DNA from: an archaeon
GTDB taxonomy: Archaea > Methanobacteriota_B > Thermococci > Methanofastidiosales > NM3
Assembly (NCBI GenBank): GCA_004212155.1
Contig: RXIG01000015.1
Span: forward strand, 13,040-77,039
Length of the DNA: 64,000 nt
Reading direction: 5' to 3'
The translations under genes and the position numbers were made by a program. The notes under the pieces are model-generated. The model searched no databases, was not told the origin of the DNA, and worked only from the letters and a program-made list of their open reading frames with translations. Positions 48,428-57,822 of this stretch are shown here, piece after piece (the stretch's first letter is position 1; every line of letters starts with the position of its first letter).

Positions 48428-49672
48428 TCAAATTTCGTCCATCTTCTTTCCAAGCAGGAACGTTCCGTTCTGGATCATCTTCTGTAATCGTTTGGCCAAC
48501 TGATTGGCACGCGACCTGTTCGACTGCCTGAGCGTTATCGGCACGTCGGTTCCCTCTATTTCCATCGTCCCGCACGAACCTACGAACGCCCCCCCTGGGC
48601 ATATCGTCACGCACGCTCCGCAATTGTAACAACGCATCTTGTCGATGCCGCGCTTTGTCGTGAATGCATTGGTCGGGCAAAGCGTTTCGACATCACACAC
48701 CTTGCAATCGATGCATTTCTCAAAGACGTATCTGACCTCGTGGTCCTTATCCCGCCAGACGTCCCCATACGTGCCAGAGGCAAAAGGTATTCGATTGTGT
48801 ATCTCGGCGATCGGCAGCTCGATGTCATCGTCAGACACGCGAAGGTATGGCATGGTGGTCTCGGTCACGGGGATCGGTACCGCAACCGATGTGATGCATT
48901 CTGGTGTCTTTGACGTCTTGAAGCCCCCCATGTACTTTGATTCCATGTCACGAAGATCGCCATAAACGGAGAGGTTGGGCTTTTCAGGAGTGCTGCGCGT
49001 TCCCTGACCGATGACATATCCTCTGCCCCCGTTTAGCAGTATCCTCGTGCCAACGCCGATGGTGGAGAGGAGTGGGTCGTTTTCGACAGGATTGACCTCG
49101 CCGCATCCGCTTACCGACACCTCCTTGTACGGCCCCTTCAGGCCTGTGACGGAAAATATCGTCTTGACAGGGTCAGGCTCGCCATTTACGAAGGCCACAT
49201 AGTTCTTGAAGGCGCCGCGCGTGGTAAGGAGCTTTGAATAGACAAGGTCTTCAAGCGTGACGTGATTCTCGAATATGTTACCATCCGCCTCGACGCGGAC
49301 CTCTATCTCCTTGCCTTCGACGAGGTCACGAAGCACGTGACCTCCACCGTACTCCATGTTGGCATACGAAGTGCCATAGAGCAGGACATCCACGATGCCA
49401 AGGCTCTCGTTGGGGCACGGACCGGGATGTGCCGGGACCCCATTGAACCAAAACGATTCAGCCTTCCTGAACACCCCCTTCTCGGCCACGGGCACGGTAA
49501 GGGCTGCGACGGTGCCGGACATGATGCCACACGTGGCCGTCGTCACGACATCGACAGTAGAGGGCGAGACATCCTCTCCCTCGCGCAAAAGGCCCTTGAG
49601 CTCCTCAGCACTGTATACGACGGCCTCGCCCTTCTCAATCCTCCTGTTAATCTCCTCGATAGACTTGACCAT
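48428..49672 (-). CDS. Methanogenesis marker 16 metalloprotein (DUF39 family with ferredoxin domain)
   Basis: VDVVTTATCGIMSGT, GPCPNESLG, SGCGEVNP, CIDCKVC..CP, CYNCGACVTICP. Confidence 0.85.
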   Translation of the reverse strand: MVKSIEEINRRIEKGEAVVYSAEELKGLLREGEDVSPSTVDVVTTATCGIMSGTVAALTVPVAEKGVFRKAESFWFNGVPAHPGPCPNESLGIVDVLLYGTSYANMEYGGGHVLRDLVEGKEIEVRVEADGNIFENHVTLEDLVYSKLLTTRGAFKNYVAFVNGEPDPVKTIFSVTGLKGPYKEVSVSGCGEVNPVENDPLLSTIGVGTRILLNGGRGYVIGQGTRSTPEKPNLSVYGDLRDMESKYMGGFKTSKTPECITSVAVPIPVTETTMPYLRVSDDDIELPIAEIHNRIPFASGTYGDVWRDKDHEVRYVFEKCIDCKVCDVETLCPTNAFTTKRGIDKMRCYNCGACVTICPGGAFVGSCGTMEIEGTDVPITLRQSNRSRANQLAKRLQKMIQNGTFLLGKKMDEI

Positions 49673-49784
49673 TCGATCCGACCCCTCACAAGACTTATCT
49701 CACGGAAGAAAAGAAAAAATACCTAGTTTGAAGATAGAAAGAGAGTATATTTAAATATTGTCCTGTCGATTCGATAGTGATGTC

Positions 49785-50837
49785 ATGAGACGTTTTTCGA
49801 TACGCCAATCCAAGAAAAGCGGCCTTCCGCCAGGCACGCTCATTCATGTGGGGCAAAGACATGTTGAGCATCCTTCGATATGGGTCATGGACTATGCGCC
49901 CGACCATCTTGATGAGCATACAGACATTCGCATCGATGATGCGCTGGCATGGCTCAAAAGCCCCAACGTGACGTGGTTGAACGTTGTCGGGCTCGATGCC
50001 GACTTCATAGGGCAGATCGGGAACGCACTTAACGTACATCCGCTCGTTCTCGAGGACATCCTCAACACCGACCACCGTCCGAAGGTCGAGGAGTATGATG
50101 ATTACTTGTTCATCGTATGCAAGGCCCCGCGCCACGATGACGGGGTTGCCGTGGAGCAGCTCAGCATGATCCTCTTCGGCACGGGCGTTGTATGCTTCCA
50201 TGAAAGGGGCAGTGATTTATTCAACGCATTGCAGGAACGGATTCGCTCACAACGGGGCTTCATACGTTCAAAGGGTGTCGACTACCTTGCCTACAGCATC
50301 CTCGATACGATAATCGACTCGTACTTCGTGACGGTGGAAATGATCAATGACACAGTCGATGACCTCGAGGAGACGCTCGTGACGGAGCCTACGACGGACA
50401 CGCTTCAGGCATTGCAGCACTGCAAACGCCATGCCATCATGCTCAGGAAGGCCATCTTTCCCATGAGGGAGGTCGCGTTCAGCCTGGAGAAGATAGGTGC
50501 TCCTTTTTTTGGTAGTGATGTGCGCCCCTACCTTCGTGACGTCTACGACCACTGCATACAGATCATGGACACGATAGAATCGATAAAGGACATGCTCTCT
50601 GGAATGCTTGACATCTACCTTTCTAGCACGAGCAACAAGCTCAACGAAGTGATGAAGGTCCTCACCATCATCTCAACCATGTTCATACCGATGACGTTCC
50701 TCGCGGGCGTATACGGCATGAACTTCATCCACATGCCCGAGCTCCAATGGCGGTATGCATATCCGGCAGTGCTATTGGTAATGGCCTCGATCGCCGGGGT
50801 TATGGCCTTGTTTTTCAAAAAGAGAGGGTGGTGGTGA
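49785..50837 (+). CDS. corA: Magnesium/cobalt transporter CorA
   Basis: GLPPGTL, HPLVLEDI..RPK, GVYGMNF..MPEL. Confidence 0.95.
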   Translation: MRRFSIRQSKKSGLPPGTLIHVGQRHVEHPSIWVMDYAPDHLDEHTDIRIDDALAWLKSPNVTWLNVVGLDADFIGQIGNALNVHPLVLEDILNTDHRPKVEEYDDYLFIVCKAPRHDDGVAVEQLSMILFGTGVVCFHERGSDLFNALQERIRSQRGFIRSKGVDYLAYSILDTIIDSYFVTVEMINDTVDDLEETLVTEPTTDTLQALQHCKRHAIMLRKAIFPMREVAFSLEKIGAPFFGSDVRPYLRDVYDHCIQIMDTIESIKDMLSGMLDIYLSSTSNKLNEVMKVLTIISTMFIPMTFLAGVYGMNFIHMPELQWRYAYPAVLLVMASIAGVMALFFKKRGWW

Positions 50838-51308
50838 CTACCGTCGCCTTTTTGTTAGTATGCGTTTGAGCTGTGTTCCGCAGATTTCACAGACGTAGTC
50901 CGATTCTGAGTCATAGGTGCGGCCGCATCCAGGACATCGCTTCTTCCATGTGACGACTGTTTGTATGCCCCTGGTCTTCGTGCTCAGCCAGGATACGCCC
51001 ATCCGCTCGGCAACGTTCTGAACACCGTAATCGTCGGTGCATACGGTGCCATCGTGCTCGTAGGCGAGTGCGATAACGCTTATATCGGCTTCTGAAAGGT
51101 CATCACCCGAACGCCGCTTCTCGTTGCGTACACGCTCGATCGCTTCTGGACCCGGGTCGCATACCACAAGCGTCCCAGCACTGAGGTGGGATGTGACAAA
51201 ATCATGTGATCGTTCATCACGCACCTCATCGAGCACCAGATGGGTGATAGCACACGGGCCGTCCGGCATGTGGCGCGATAGGAGCGCCGAGGTATCAAGC
51301 ACGTACAT
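50838..51308 (-). CDS. nob1: Nob1-like PIN endonuclease with Zn ribbon
   Basis: MYVLDTSA, LSEADI, TDDYGVQN, CPGC..CEICG; track start 51629 is too long. Confidence 0.9.
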   Translation of the reverse strand: MYVLDTSALLSRHMPDGPCAITHLVLDEVRDERSHDFVTSHLSAGTLVVCDPGPEAIERVRNEKRRSGDDLSEADISVIALAYEHDGTVCTDDYGVQNVAERMGVSWLSTKTRGIQTVVTWKKRCPGCGRTYDSESDYVCEICGTQLKRILTKRRR

Positions 51309-51312
51309 CGTA

Positions 51313-52062
51313 TCACACCCTGCGTATGAAGCGTGCTCGCTGCGTAGCTGCCGAGATGACGATGTGCTCACCCTCTTGGAACGTGACCACCGGTTGCCCG
51401 TCGATGATGACATAGCTGTCCTTGCCTCGATTTGACACGACCACATCAAACGTATCTGGGACAATGTAGGGGAATGCTTCCCTGAACAGGGGGCAGATGG
51501 GGGTGATGATGATGACCTCCGCCTTCTCATGCACGATTGACCCGCCCGCAGAGAGCGAATAGGCGGTGGAGCCGGTCGGCGTGGCGACGATGACGCCATC
51601 GCCATAGACCTCTTGTGTCTCCTCGTCAACGGTCACCGCGAGGTGGTCCATCTTGATGGGGGACGTTGAACGCACCACGACCTCATTGAGCACAGTACCG
51701 ATCGGGCGGTCGTCGTAGGTGACCGAGAGCTTCTTGCGTTCATCGACGTAGTGATTGTCAAGGATCGAGGGAATCGTGTCGATCTCATCGGGGGTGATCT
51801 CACACAAGAATCCGTACGTCCCCATATTGACGGTAAGCAACGGCGTCTCTCCGTACTGGCTGCAGGCGCGAAGGATCGTCCCATCGCCGCCGATGACAAC
51901 GATTGCGTCGACATCGGTGATTGGCGGCATGTTCAGGTATTCCTGCAAGGAGGGGTCAACATAGACATCATGGTCCTTTAGCAGCGAAGCCACCGATCGC
52001 GAGACCTCGACCGCCTCCGTCTTGTCGGTCCTCGACACAATGCCGATCTTCATTTGTATCAC
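51313..52062 (-). CDS. nadK: NAD(+) kinase
   Basis: GGDGTIL, LNE, GDGVIVATPTGSTAYSLSAGG. Confidence 0.95.
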   Translation of the reverse strand: MIQMKIGIVSRTDKTEAVEVSRSVASLLKDHDVYVDPSLQEYLNMPPITDVDAIVVIGGDGTILRACSQYGETPLLTVNMGTYGFLCEITPDEIDTIPSILDNHYVDERKKLSVTYDDRPIGTVLNEVVVRSTSPIKMDHLAVTVDEETQEVYGDGVIVATPTGSTAYSLSAGGSIVHEKAEVIIITPICPLFREAFPYIVPDTFDVVVSNRGKDSYVIIDGQPVVTFQEGEHIVISAATQRARFIRRV

Positions 52063-52812
52063 TTACTGGTTAAAAATACTTAATATTTTCTCGTGGATCT
52101 CTGGTGTGCTGCTTGCCACCAAGTTGATGTGATTGTCATCCATGCACAGAGGGGAACCATCGAGGGCGCTGACGACACCGCCAGCGTTCTCCACAACGAT
52201 CTTGCCTGCTGCAAAGTCCGTCGCGCGCATCTTGCCACGTACGTCGACGAGTGCCAAAAGGCTTCCGTGGGCAACGTAGCACATCTCGAGGGCGACCGAA
52301 CCCAGGCATCGCAGCTTGCTGCTGAAAGTACGCATTTCCTCGACATACCGTCCCCTGCGCGTATAAAGCGACACCATTGTCGACCGGTGCGTCCGTCTGA
52401 GCGGGCGGCCGTTTCGTAGCACCCCGTAGTCGCTCATTCCCTCAAACCATTCATCCCACGCGAGATTGCGTACAAGGCCGTACTCCTTCTCGCCATCAAG
52501 ATAGGCAAGTGATGTACAGTAGAAAGGCAGCCCAGCCATTGCATTGTTAGACCCGTCAACGGGGTCGAGTATGAGGGTGAAGTCATCACCGTATGAGATG
52601 GTCCCCGCCTCCTCACTGATGAGCGTGCATGCAATGTCGTGAGCCGTGATGTAATCGATGACCGCCTGTTCTGCAAGCTGATCGAAGTAGCGGGTCGTAC
52701 CGCCAAGCGAGCTCTCACCGACGACCTCGTGGGCTCGACCGGTACGGATGGACTGTATGAGCGATTGATAGATGTTTTCTGATAACTGCCAGCAAAGCGT
52801 TCGTTCGTTCAT
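52063..52812 (-). CDS. Inositol monophosphatase/FBPase-family phosphatase (possible NADP phosphatase)
   Basis: SEE, LDPVDGS, LRCLGS, DFAAG. Confidence 0.88.
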   Translation of the reverse strand: MNERTLCWQLSENIYQSLIQSIRTGRAHEVVGESSLGGTTRYFDQLAEQAVIDYITAHDIACTLISEEAGTISYGDDFTLILDPVDGSNNAMAGLPFYCTSLAYLDGEKEYGLVRNLAWDEWFEGMSDYGVLRNGRPLRRTHRSTMVSLYTRRGRYVEEMRTFSSKLRCLGSVALEMCYVAHGSLLALVDVRGKMRATDFAAGKIVVENAGGVVSALDGSPLCMDDNHINLVASSTPEIHEKILSIFNQ

Positions 52813-52821
52813 GATACCATC

Positions 52822-53286
52822 TCAATATAATAAAAGACAAAGCGAAACGCTGCATCCGCACTGTTTGACAACATGCGTCGCAGAAGTGACCTCGATCGAT
52901 TCGACCTCTGCATCCCTGGATGCGACCATGGCGCGGGCGCGACGGATTGCCTCGCGCTCGGCCTCCGTTCCGGAGCAGTGCCCATTGAACTCGGCAACGC
53001 ACCCCACTGTGGACGTGGTCGTGGCACACGCTATGGCCGATGATATCGTCGCTCCGGGCGTGTCGCTCTCGATGCGTGACATTACACAGTACATGAACGA
53101 TCCCTCCTGAATGTCGCGGACCTCGCTTAGTGGTGCCTGCCGGCAATAACGAGGGAGGATCGATGAGACGCCGATGAAGTTGAAGTTGGCAACGCCTCTC
53201 GCTCGAAGAGCCTCGTCGAAGGCGTTGAGAGGCGTATCCGAATCGGCATCAGTTGAGAGCAACACATAGCTGTGAGGTGCCAACAT
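52822..53286 (-). CDS. pdaD: Pyruvoyl-dependent arginine decarboxylase
   Basis: LNAFDEAL..GVANFNFIGVSSILP with Ser-Ser self-cleavage site. Confidence 0.88.
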   Translation of the reverse strand: MLAPHSYVLLSTDADSDTPLNAFDEALRARGVANFNFIGVSSILPRYCRQAPLSEVRDIQEGSFMYCVMSRIESDTPGATISSAIACATTTSTVGCVAEFNGHCSGTEAEREAIRRARAMVASRDAEVESIEVTSATHVVKQCGCSVSLCLLLY

Positions 53287-53416
53287 ACAACAAGATGCGG
53301 TCATGCGCTTTTAAAGTCTTTGTTGGGCATTTCTACGCAATAAAGGAGCAATAATTTCAAGATATAGAAAAGTTTATATGGTCGCTTTTAAAGTGAAGTT
53401 GATAATAGGTGATCAT

Positions 53417-53815
53417 ATGGGGACTACAAAACCAGAACGTGTTGGACAGCTCAAGGTAGGAAGATACATCGTCATTGATGATGAACCATGCAAAATCATA
53501 GCATATTCCACATCCTCGCCAGGAAAACACGGATCGGCAAAGGCGAAGTTGGATGCCAAAGGGCTTTTTGACCATCAAAAGCGGAGCCTCATCAAGCCCG
53601 TCGATGCGAAAGTGCCTGTTCCGATCATTGACAAGGCAAGCGCGATGGTGACCGCCATCATGGGCAACACCGTGCAGATCATGGACATGACATCGTATGA
53701 ATATTATGAACTTCCCATCTCAGACGACATCGAGGGAGACCTCCAGGAGGGCGCCCAGGTGGAGTATATGGAAACGATGGGACGCATGAAGATACTGCGA
53801 GTCAAGGGTTCATGA
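53417..53815 (+). CDS. eif5a: Translation factor aIF5A
   Basis: SPGKHGSAK hypusine motif; ATG at 53417 after GGTGAT. Confidence 0.96.
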   Translation: MGTTKPERVGQLKVGRYIVIDDEPCKIIAYSTSSPGKHGSAKAKLDAKGLFDHQKRSLIKPVDAKVPVPIIDKASAMVTAIMGNTVQIMDMTSYEYYELPISDDIEGDLQEGAQVEYMETMGRMKILRVKGS

Positions 53816-54654
53816 ACGAGGACATCTCCTTTTATACCTACAGAAAAACTGTGATACCCTTTTGCCTCACGGATATAACGGATGCTCGCTACGTCGTGAC
53901 AGGGCATCCATTTGACGGGACGCAGACGGGGCTCACGGGGGCCAGGCACGGACCCACGTCACTGCGCACTGCGATGTTCGAACTTGAACAGTACGATCTT
54001 GAGACCGGTGTCGACCTTTCACAGGTCCCTATAAGCGACATTGGCGACGTCGACTGTGTCCCTGGATCGTGTGAACAGACGTTCGAACGGATTGCACATA
54101 CCGTATCAGCATTCCCTTCAAACGTGTGTGCGGTGGGAATCGGCGGAGAACACTCGGTCACCTACCCCATCGTCACCACGCTCAAGCCCGATATGGTCAT
54201 CTCCTTTGACGCACATCCCGACCTCAGGGACGACTACATGGGTGTCACGCTGTCCCATTCGGCAGTGATGCGCCGCATCCACGAGGATGGCATCGACGTT
54301 GCGTTGATTGGCGTTCGCGAAGGCTCGCGCAATGAGGCAGAATATGCCCGAGACAACGGCATACCTCTCGTGCCCCCCGATCGCTGGGACACGTTCGAGC
54401 TCCCTCGCAAAAAGAACATCTACATCTCGATAGACCTCGATGTTTTTGACGCCTTTGTCAACGTTGGCAATCCTCTTCCTGGCGGCATGCCGTTTGACCG
54501 CGTATGTGACATGCTAAAAACACTTGCCAGGGAAAACTCTGTACAGGGCATCGATATTGTAGAGCTGTGCTCAAATGGCGTTGATGGAACTGCGATGCTT
54601 GCAGCAAAGCTTGCATTCAAGTTCCTTGCCTATGACATGCTCAATGATCGATGA
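53812..54654 (+). CDS. speB: Agmatinase (ureohydrolase family)
   Basis: GARHGP, GGEHS, DAHPD, SIDLDVFD. Confidence 0.9.
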   Translation: MNEDISFYTYRKTVIPFCLTDITDARYVVTGHPFDGTQTGLTGARHGPTSLRTAMFELEQYDLETGVDLSQVPISDIGDVDCVPGSCEQTFERIAHTVSAFPSNVCAVGIGGEHSVTYPIVTTLKPDMVISFDAHPDLRDDYMGVTLSHSAVMRRIHEDGIDVALIGVREGSRNEAEYARDNGIPLVPPDRWDTFELPRKKNIYISIDLDVFDAFVNVGNPLPGGMPFDRVCDMLKTLARENSVQGIDIVELCSNGVDGTAMLAAKLAFKFLAYDMLNDR

Positions 54655-54709
54655 GATGCAGGTGAATGGGTAACACTACGTTCGTTGCGAACGGGGTAAA
54701 AAAGAGACG

Positions 54710-54850
54710 TTACAAAGCTTTTGTATCTTCCACGTATTCGACCGCTCGCTCAAGGAACTCGGCCCACGACTTCGCCTTCAATCTGAGCCGCATGTCCCAC
54801 GCTCGCTCATAGAGATCTTCTTCACAGTTTTTTATTTCAATGTTTTTCAT
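54710..54850 (-). CDS. 46-aa ribbon-helix-helix-like protein (below the ORF-track cutoff)
   Basis: MKNIEIKNCEEDLYERAWDMRLRLKAKSWAEFLERAVEYVEDTKAL; SD AGGTGA upstream; own TATA box. Confidence 0.65.
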   Translation of the reverse strand: MKNIEIKNCEEDLYERAWDMRLRLKAKSWAEFLERAVEYVEDTKAL

Positions 54851-54930
54851 CGTATTCACCTGACGGGGAAGATAGGAGACAATTGAATCGTCTCCTATCT
54901 CGTAGTTTGAGGGGAGGTCAAACAGTTGTG

Positions 54931-54959
54931 TATATAATATTGCTCATCAATAGTATATA
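54931..54959. promoter_or_regulatory. 12-bp imperfect inverted repeat overlapping a TATA box (putative operator)
   Basis: TATATAATATTG-CTCAT-CAATAGTATATA, one mismatch. Confidence 0.55.
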
Positions 54960-55013
54960 AATCTATCGGTAAATCTAAGTAAAAAAATATCACAATACTA
55001 AACTAAAAAAATA

Positions 55014-55766
55014 TTAATAAGTATCGATGAAGAAGGAGCGATCGACGATCGCTATCTCATCTCCCAGCGATACCTCATCAACGTAGCCCACCCAGTACGA
55101 CACCATGCCTGGCCCGAAGAGCTCGACGTAGTGCTTGAGCTGATTGTTGAAATCGTATCCCATCTGATACGGTGAACCGAAGCTGCCCTTGCTCTCGCAC
55201 CAGTTGACCGTGATGCCGCCGATGACCTGGGGACAGTCGAAGAGGAAGTCGGGGGTCTTCTCCTTTCCTGCCATACGGCAGTCATCCTCGGTCATGTACG
55301 AAATGCACACATCGTCGAGCCAGGACTGTATTTGCTCCTCACAGAAGTTGCCTCGTTCCTTCTGGGCAGAGATGCCCTGGGGGGAGTAGATGAAGTCATT
55401 GTCGATGACCTCTTCGAACTCCTTTCGCATGCGTGTGTTCTTGATAAGGCCGGGATCGTGAAGGTACGCCTTGTACTGTTTCTTCGAGACGCCTAGCTGC
55501 TTGAGGATAAACGATGCGGTGAGAACGGGGGGGAACTCGCGTTCATCGGCGATCTTTAGGAGCGTCTTTCCGGATTCCCACTCCCGTGCCATTCGTTCGC
55601 TCTGGCGTGCGATGACATGAAAATCCTTTTTCGTCTGTCGCACGATCTTTTGTGAGAGTATGCTGTAGAGGACATCCTCTTGCACCTTGAAATGATGGGA
55701 AATGCGGGGTATGTCCCTGACACCCCCCAATCGACGGTATATCTTGTAAAACGTGTTCTTTCTCAT
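55014..55766 (-). CDS. TPD-domain protein, C15orf41/CDIN1-like PD-(D/E)XK nuclease fold
   Basis: KTPDFLF, WCESKGSFG, QLKHYVELFGPGMVSYWVGY. Confidence 0.78.
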   Translation of the reverse strand: MRKNTFYKIYRRLGGVRDIPRISHHFKVQEDVLYSILSQKIVRQTKKDFHVIARQSERMAREWESGKTLLKIADEREFPPVLTASFILKQLGVSKKQYKAYLHDPGLIKNTRMRKEFEEVIDNDFIYSPQGISAQKERGNFCEEQIQSWLDDVCISYMTEDDCRMAGKEKTPDFLFDCPQVIGGITVNWCESKGSFGSPYQMGYDFNNQLKHYVELFGPGMVSYWVGYVDEVSLGDEIAIVDRSFFIDTY

Positions 55767-55769
55767 AAC

Positions 55770-56420
55770 CTATATCACACCTTCGCATTCGGCTCGCAAT
55801 CGTTCCAGGAAGGCACTCATGAATGCATCTCTTTTTTCAGCGATGCGCCTTCCTTCCGATGTGAGCATCCTGTCCTTGATCTTGGATAGCTTGACCTTGT
55901 ACTCCTTGATTGGCGAATGGGACGTATGGTCGACGGCCAGGTCATCACCATGCTCTCGCTCGAACTCTTCCACGAGGCGCTGATTGTGTTCACCCGCATA
56001 TGCATAAGCGCGAGCGATGCCTATGGCGCCGATAGCATCGAGCTTGTCGGCATCGTAGAGCACGCGCGCCTCGAGGGTCTCGGGCATCAAGCCGTCCCTG
56101 AAGCGATGCGTGGCGATGCAATGGACGACCTTTTGTATGAACGTGTCCTCAAATCCCATATCTGCAAGCAGCCCTTGGGCCAATTGCGCACCCTTGCGCG
56201 CATGGCAAACGGATATGTCGCGTTCCTCAAAACCCCTGCCGATGTCATGAAGATATGCTGCACAGGACAACACTTCAAGGTCTGCACCCTCTATCCTGCC
56301 TATGTGCATGCAGAGATTGTGCACGCGTTCCACATGATCCCAATCATGGGTGGGGCGCGCATCATCGAAGTAGTCTCGAGCTATCCTGATGAGCGATTCA
56401 GGCAGTACACTTGCTTTCAC
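55770..56420 (-). CDS. HD-domain phosphohydrolase
   Basis: HDWDHVERV, YLHDIG, HRF, YDADKLDAIGAIGIAR; GTG at 56420 chosen from TATA spacing. Confidence 0.9.
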   Translation of the reverse strand: MKASVLPESLIRIARDYFDDARPTHDWDHVERVHNLCMHIGRIEGADLEVLSCAAYLHDIGRGFEERDISVCHARKGAQLAQGLLADMGFEDTFIQKVVHCIATHRFRDGLMPETLEARVLYDADKLDAIGAIGIARAYAYAGEHNQRLVEEFEREHGDDLAVDHTSHSPIKEYKVKLSKIKDRMLTSEGRRIAEKRDAFMSAFLERLRAECEGVI

Positions 56421-56578
56421 GTTCACAAATACGTGTCTTTGTTTATAAGTTTTTTTAAAAAACATTCGTTGCAGTGCGAGGACATATAGGTGCATTACCC
56501 CGCATCAACGACACCTTTAAAACCTTAATCCTTGAAAAACTTATAAAGGAACCGTGACGATTTCGGTAAAGTGATGAC

Positions 56579-57259
56579 ATGATTGACAGGTACGTGGCTT
56601 ACAGGCATGAGAAAGGCACGGTACAACAGGTAGACGAGACCGTGGCAGTAGAACACTCTCTTTCCATACAATGCGATGGATATGATCACGCCTTTCTCTG
56701 CAGCCCCGAAGACCTGGAGGAGCTTGCCCTCGGGCACCTGAAAACTACGGGTCTCATCTCACACATCAACGACATAGCAGACATCTCCTTTGAGAAAGGT
56801 CATACCCGTGTTACCATACGGCGTGCCGATACTGCATCACCCCGACACGAGCACCATGTGCCACGGGTGAAGATGAGCACTGATGACCTCATGTCGCTTG
56901 CGCCATATGCCATGGCTCACTCCCCCCTCTTCGCGAAGACTGCTGCGTTCCACTATGCGTTCATCTTCGACGCAAATGCCACCCCCCTGCAGAGCGCATG
57001 CGATATCGGCAGATTCAATGCGATAGACAAGGCAGTTGGCATCTGTCTGAGGGAGGGGTTGGCGCTTGAGGGTACGGTACTCTTCACGACAGGGCGCATC
57101 ATGACGCTGACAGTCAAGAAGGCACGAAACTGCGGTATCGCCATCATCGTATCCAAGGCGCCCCCTACGCTCCAGGCGATAGAGTCAGCACGGGACGCCG
57201 GCATCTCCATCATAGGATTTGCACGAGGCGACAGATATACCGTCTACACGGAAGAATGA
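56579..57259 (+). CDS. fdhD: Formate dehydrogenase accessory sulfurtransferase FdhD
   Basis: VAVE, SPEDLEELALG, TAAFH, DIGRFNAIDKAVG, TGR, IIGFARG. Confidence 0.88.
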   Translation: MIDRYVAYRHEKGTVQQVDETVAVEHSLSIQCDGYDHAFLCSPEDLEELALGHLKTTGLISHINDIADISFEKGHTRVTIRRADTASPRHEHHVPRVKMSTDDLMSLAPYAMAHSPLFAKTAAFHYAFIFDANATPLQSACDIGRFNAIDKAVGICLREGLALEGTVLFTTGRIMTLTVKKARNCGIAIIVSKAPPTLQAIESARDAGISIIGFARGDRYTVYTEE

Positions 57260-57822
57260 CAATGGACCGGATAAGCATTGCTATCCTCTGTGGAGGGCGG
57301 GCCCGACGCTTCGGGAGGGATAAATCGTTTTTCAACTACCATGGAAAACCGCTCTACCGTTACGCGTATGATGAGCTAGCCCCCCTTTCCGACGACATCT
57401 TTCTCCAGTGCGGCAAGAAGGACACGCACACTTACGAGGTACGCAGCCACAACGACGACTATCTTGAAATTGGGCCGCTTGGAGGCATCTACTCGGCGCT
57501 CAGGCATGCTCGTCGCCCGCGTGTCTTCATGATAGCGTGCGACATGCCGTGCATAACGAAACGGTTCGTAACGACACTTCTCGAAGAATGGGGCGACATC
57601 GTTGTCCCAGTATGGGAGAATGGATACTTTGAACCGCTTTGTGCCGTCTATGCTCGCACTCTTGCCCCCCTCATCGAGTACAAGATGCTCCAGGGCGACT
57701 ACAAGATAGCGTCTCTTTTTGACGATGTTGACGTAAAAGAGGTAAAAATAGAGCCCCTTATGGAAAGGGGCGTCATCCCCGTGGGGATGTTCAAAAACAT
57801 TAACTACCCCAGCGATCTATGA
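57256..57822 (+). CDS. mobA: Molybdenum cofactor guanylyltransferase
   Basis: LCGGRARRFGRDK, GPLGGIYSAL, ACDMP, EPLCAVY, NINYPSDL. Confidence 0.93.
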   Translation: MTMDRISIAILCGGRARRFGRDKSFFNYHGKPLYRYAYDELAPLSDDIFLQCGKKDTHTYEVRSHNDDYLEIGPLGGIYSALRHARRPRVFMIACDMPCITKRFVTTLLEEWGDIVVPVWENGYFEPLCAVYARTLAPLIEYKMLQGDYKIASLFDDVDVKEVKIEPLMERGVIPVGMFKNINYPSDL

